Positions 60,928 to 64,000 of a DNA stretch of 64,000 nucleotides are shown here, piece after piece; position 1 is the stretch's first letter; each line of letters starts with the position of its first letter. Below the pieces are notes generated by a model. That model saw nothing but the letters and a program-made list of their open reading frames with translations. It was not told the origin of the DNA and did no database searches. Both the position numbers and the translations under genes were made by a program. This DNA is from a virus (Duplodnaviria; Heunggongvirae; Uroviricota; Caudoviricetes): the IMG/VR virus record IMGVR_UViG_3300019378_000003. One strand, given 5' to 3'.

Positions 60928-62627
60928 TGATAGTAAGAGTTCCTTCTTATACTGAAGATGCTATCTTGCATGGTGAATATCAAAAATTATTTGCCGCAGC
61001 AGAAAAGAAAACAGACCCAGGTACAACTATTACTAGTTTACCAGAATATTTTAATGCCCTTCAAAAAGATGCCAATTTGCGTGGTATTGGACGTTTTGCT
61101 CGTATTCCTCTTGATGAAGATTTATTTTTAGTAAATTTAAATGATCGTTCTATTACTGTTCCTCCACATTTCCAAAAATATGGTGTTGCAGTTAATGGAG
61201 ATCATCTTGCTGAATTCTTATTCTTCCGTGTTGATAGATATTTTGATCAAATGGATTTATCTGAATGTGAATGTCGTATTGAATGGATGACTGCAGGAAA
61301 TAAACCATTGGCGGCTTATACACCAGCACATGCTATTGATTTAGTGTTTGAAGCTCCAATTGATCCTTCCATTAATCCCAAGCCTACTCATGGCGATATT
61401 ATTTATGCTGATGATAGTGAAAATGAAGAAGACCGTGAAAATGGAGATAGAAGTGCAATTATTTTTGGATGGCCTTTAGATAATCAATTTACTTCTGAAG
61501 TTGGCGATGCTAAATTTGCAATTCGTTTTGTTTAGTATGATGTCAATGAAAAAGATGGAACTAAAGAAATTGTTTTCAATCTTTTAACTTCTCCTGCTAC
61601 TGTGAAAATTCTTCCAAAACTTCCTATTGATTCTGAAATGCTAGAAATGGTAGATTATAGTGCTACTTTGGCTTCTCGTCCTGTATATTCTGGTTTAATT
61701 AATAGCACTGGTCTTAAACCTGTTATTACTTCTTATAGCTGGGCTGAAAAAGCTTATGAAAATTTGGAAGAAAATGGTCAAGTAACATTAAGTGTTACGG
61801 CGACTGACCCAGATCCTTCTAAACATCCTTTAACTTATCAGTGGTTTAAAGATTCAAAATCACTTTCAGGAGAGACACAATCTTCATATGTTGCCACTGA
61901 GGCTGGATTGTATCATGTTGTTGTTATGAATGCCGTAGAGGATGAAGAAGGCAATCAAATCAGTACGACTAGTATTGCTACTAATCCTTGTTTAATTCCT
62001 AGTGCAGGCAAAATTGCTATTGATTATGAAGGTTATCCATTACAGCTATTTTCTAGCGGTGAATATGCAACTTCTGAAATTAAAGTTAAATTTGTTCCTG
62101 CTCTTGAGGCAGATCATAATCTTGGAAAGATTAATTATTCTTGGGCCGAAGATGGTATTGAGATAAATACTGGTGCAGTTGAAAAAGCAGGAGATTTCTA
62201 TTGGGAAGTTCCATTGACAATTGAAAATATGGCTCATGGTAATTTTGTTTTAAATGCTACTCATGTATTAAATAAAACAGAATCTGCTACGGTAGAGAGT
62301 AAAATGATTGAAATTCGTCCTGCCGCACAACAACCAGAAGAAGTTGTAATTAGTGCAAATGAAGACCGTTCTATTTTTGAATGTTCTTGCGTTGTACCTG
62401 GCAATGATGATTTACAGTATACTTGGTCTTATACTAAATCTGAAGGTACTTTGATTTCTATTTCTTCCGGTTGGGGAAATGAAAAAACTATTTCTATAGA
62501 AGCTATTGAAGCAAAACTTGGACGTGAAATAAAAGCTAAAGAAGCTTTACATGTTGCAGTGCGTCAAATTCGTTTTAATAATGAAGCAAATGCAAGTACA
62601 ACTGCTAGCGCCAGTTTTAATCTTTAA
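60927..62627 (+). CDS. Virion protein, 566 aa, 1 in-frame TAG. N-terminal domain is paralogous to the 62657 gene.
   Basis: Track ORFs 60927 and 61602 are in the same frame, separated by a TAG at 61533. The gene ends at TAA. Reads ...GDHLAEFLFFRVDRYFDQMDLSECECRIEWMTAGNKP...FAIRFV. Confidence 0.45.
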
Positions 62628-62656
62628 GATTAGTTTCATAAAACAGGAGGTATAAT

Positions 62657-63283
62657 ATGAGTTATTATCTCGCTAATTCTTATTATAATGCTCTGTTGGA
62701 TATATAGAATAATTCAGGTACATAGCTTTTAAAGTTTGATTTAACAGACGAAGAAGATATGATAAAACCTCTTATTGAAATTGATCTAAATAAACGCTTA
62801 ATTATTTTACCTCCTGAATATGATCCTGAGCAAGGTGGTTTTTTAAGCCTAGAAAGTGATCATTTAGCAGAGTATTTATATTTTGTAGTAGATCGTTATT
62901 ACGAAGATATGGATTTATTTCAAACTGCTATTGTGGTAGAATATATTAATGCTGCAGATAAGCCGGAATCTCGAATATTTCCGGTCATGTTAAAAGATAT
63001 TACTACTATGCCAGGCAAAATTATTTTTGCCTGGCATATCGGCAATGAAGCTACAAAAGCGGCTGGCATGATTAAATTTGCAGTACGTTTTTATTTAGTT
63101 CATCCGACAGAGGCTAAATTTGAATATAATTTAAATATTTAGTCTTCACAGAGTGAAATTAAAAAAAGTTTAGGGCATATAGACTGGGAAGAAGAATATG
63201 CCGATATTTTTGATCCTTCTACTCTTGAGATTATTTTATCTGGTATTGAAATGGCCAGACATGTATATTGGACAGATGTTTAA
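62657..63283 (+). CDS. Virion protein, 208 aa, 3 in-frame TAG. Paralog of the N-terminus of the 60927 gene.
   Basis: AGGAGG then ATG 62657, in frame with track ORF 62759, ending at TAA 63281-63283. Reads ...SDHLAEYLYFVVDRYYEDMDLFQTAIVVEYINAADKP...FAVRFY. Confidence 0.45.
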
Positions 63284-63310
63284 TTTTTAGAGAAAAAGGA
63301 GTTTTTTTAT

Positions 63311-64000
63311 ATGGCTCATAAAATATTGATAGGTAATGATGGAACTTACGGGTCTCCTGTTACACATTCAGATTTTGTATTTTTTGATGATGGTGAAAGC
63401 CTTACTGAAAAAATGGATGTGTATAATATTTATATTAATGATTTAATGTATCCTGTGGGTCGTATTCTTGAAACCACAGGAAATTTTAATCCAAATGGGC
63501 ATTATCCTGGTGTGTGGCGTTTATTAGAAAAAAATCATACTGTCATTAGTGCGGGTTCAATTGCATTATAGGGGAAGAAAGAAAGTCCTATGGAATTATT
63601 TCTTCCTGATGGATCAGTATGGGATTTAATTTATCATCATGAAATTGCAGGTGGATATTGGGCATCCACTGCCGATTGCTTAGATTTTGATTTAAATGCT
63701 ACAAAACAAAAATTTGGAAAAATGAAATATGTAAATAATTATTATAATGCCAATGATACATTAGAATTTTTAATGGTATATAATGTTCCTTATGGAGGCG
63801 GAGTCTCTGGTGCAGTAACTAATATGGGGCGTTGGGTACAGCATGCTTCTCCTTTTTCGGCAGGTAATGCCCATAGGTCCGCGGCATGGGATAAACCTGC
63901 TACTGTTGATGGTTATAATGCAACAACCACATTTACGGCGGCAGATGGTACGATTGTTACAAATACCGATATTAATGCTGGTTTATATGTACCATGGACG
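63311..64000 (+). CDS. Hypothetical protein, partial (runs off the window end), at least 1 in-frame TAG.
   Basis: AAAGGAG then ATG 63311. A TAG at 63569 is read through, and the frame stays open to position 64000. Confidence 0.35.

Noticed and set aside
1-64000. A tRNA gene (notably a suppressor tRNA), integrase, attachment site or CRISPR array.
   Set aside because: Essentially all sequence is coding once TAG is read through. The few intergenic gaps are occupied by terminator hairpins or promoters. Nothing folds into an obvious cloverleaf by eye. These elements need to be sought elsewhere on the contig with proper tools.

Overview
This window is almost entirely the virion-morphogenesis region of a large tailed phage that carries a tape-measure protein (siphovirus-like). 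It is AT-rich (roughly 35-40% GC) and reads left to right on the + strand. The key observation is that TAG is not a stop codon here. Long, evidently real genes (terminase large subunit, portal, tape measure, tail fibers) run through dozens of in-frame TAGs in a single frame. They terminate only at TAA or TGA, and each is followed by a ribosome-binding site plus start codon or by a terminator. This is the pattern of genetic code 15 (TAG read as an amino acid, most plausibly Gln), which is known in some uncultivated gut phages. The six-frame ORF track therefore fragments every large gene.

Read with TAG as sense, the layout is as follows:
- A divergent promoter region at 1753-1849.
- Leftward on the - strand: a zinc-finger plus Vsr/DUF559-like endonuclease gene (partial at the edge), a Cys-rich protein and two small membrane-anchored paralogs.
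- Rightward on the + strand: a zinc-ribbon protein, a terS candidate, terL, a small Vsr-like (homing-endonuclease-like) gene, portal, a head morphogenesis/scaffold gene, a major-capsid candidate with terminator, five head-tail joining genes, the major tail protein with terminator, an AT-rich TAG-dense three-gene island with its own promoter and terminator, and an 11.4 kb tape-measure gene (3795 aa).
- After the tape measure come giant tail and baseplate proteins of 2038, 1058, 827 and 1523 aa, then at least four fiber genes sharing an N-terminal anchor motif. One fiber is a 2331-aa protein with a CotH-like central region and a BspA-type leucine-rich-repeat C-terminus.

I saw no tRNA, CRISPR array, integrase or reverse transcriptase in the window.
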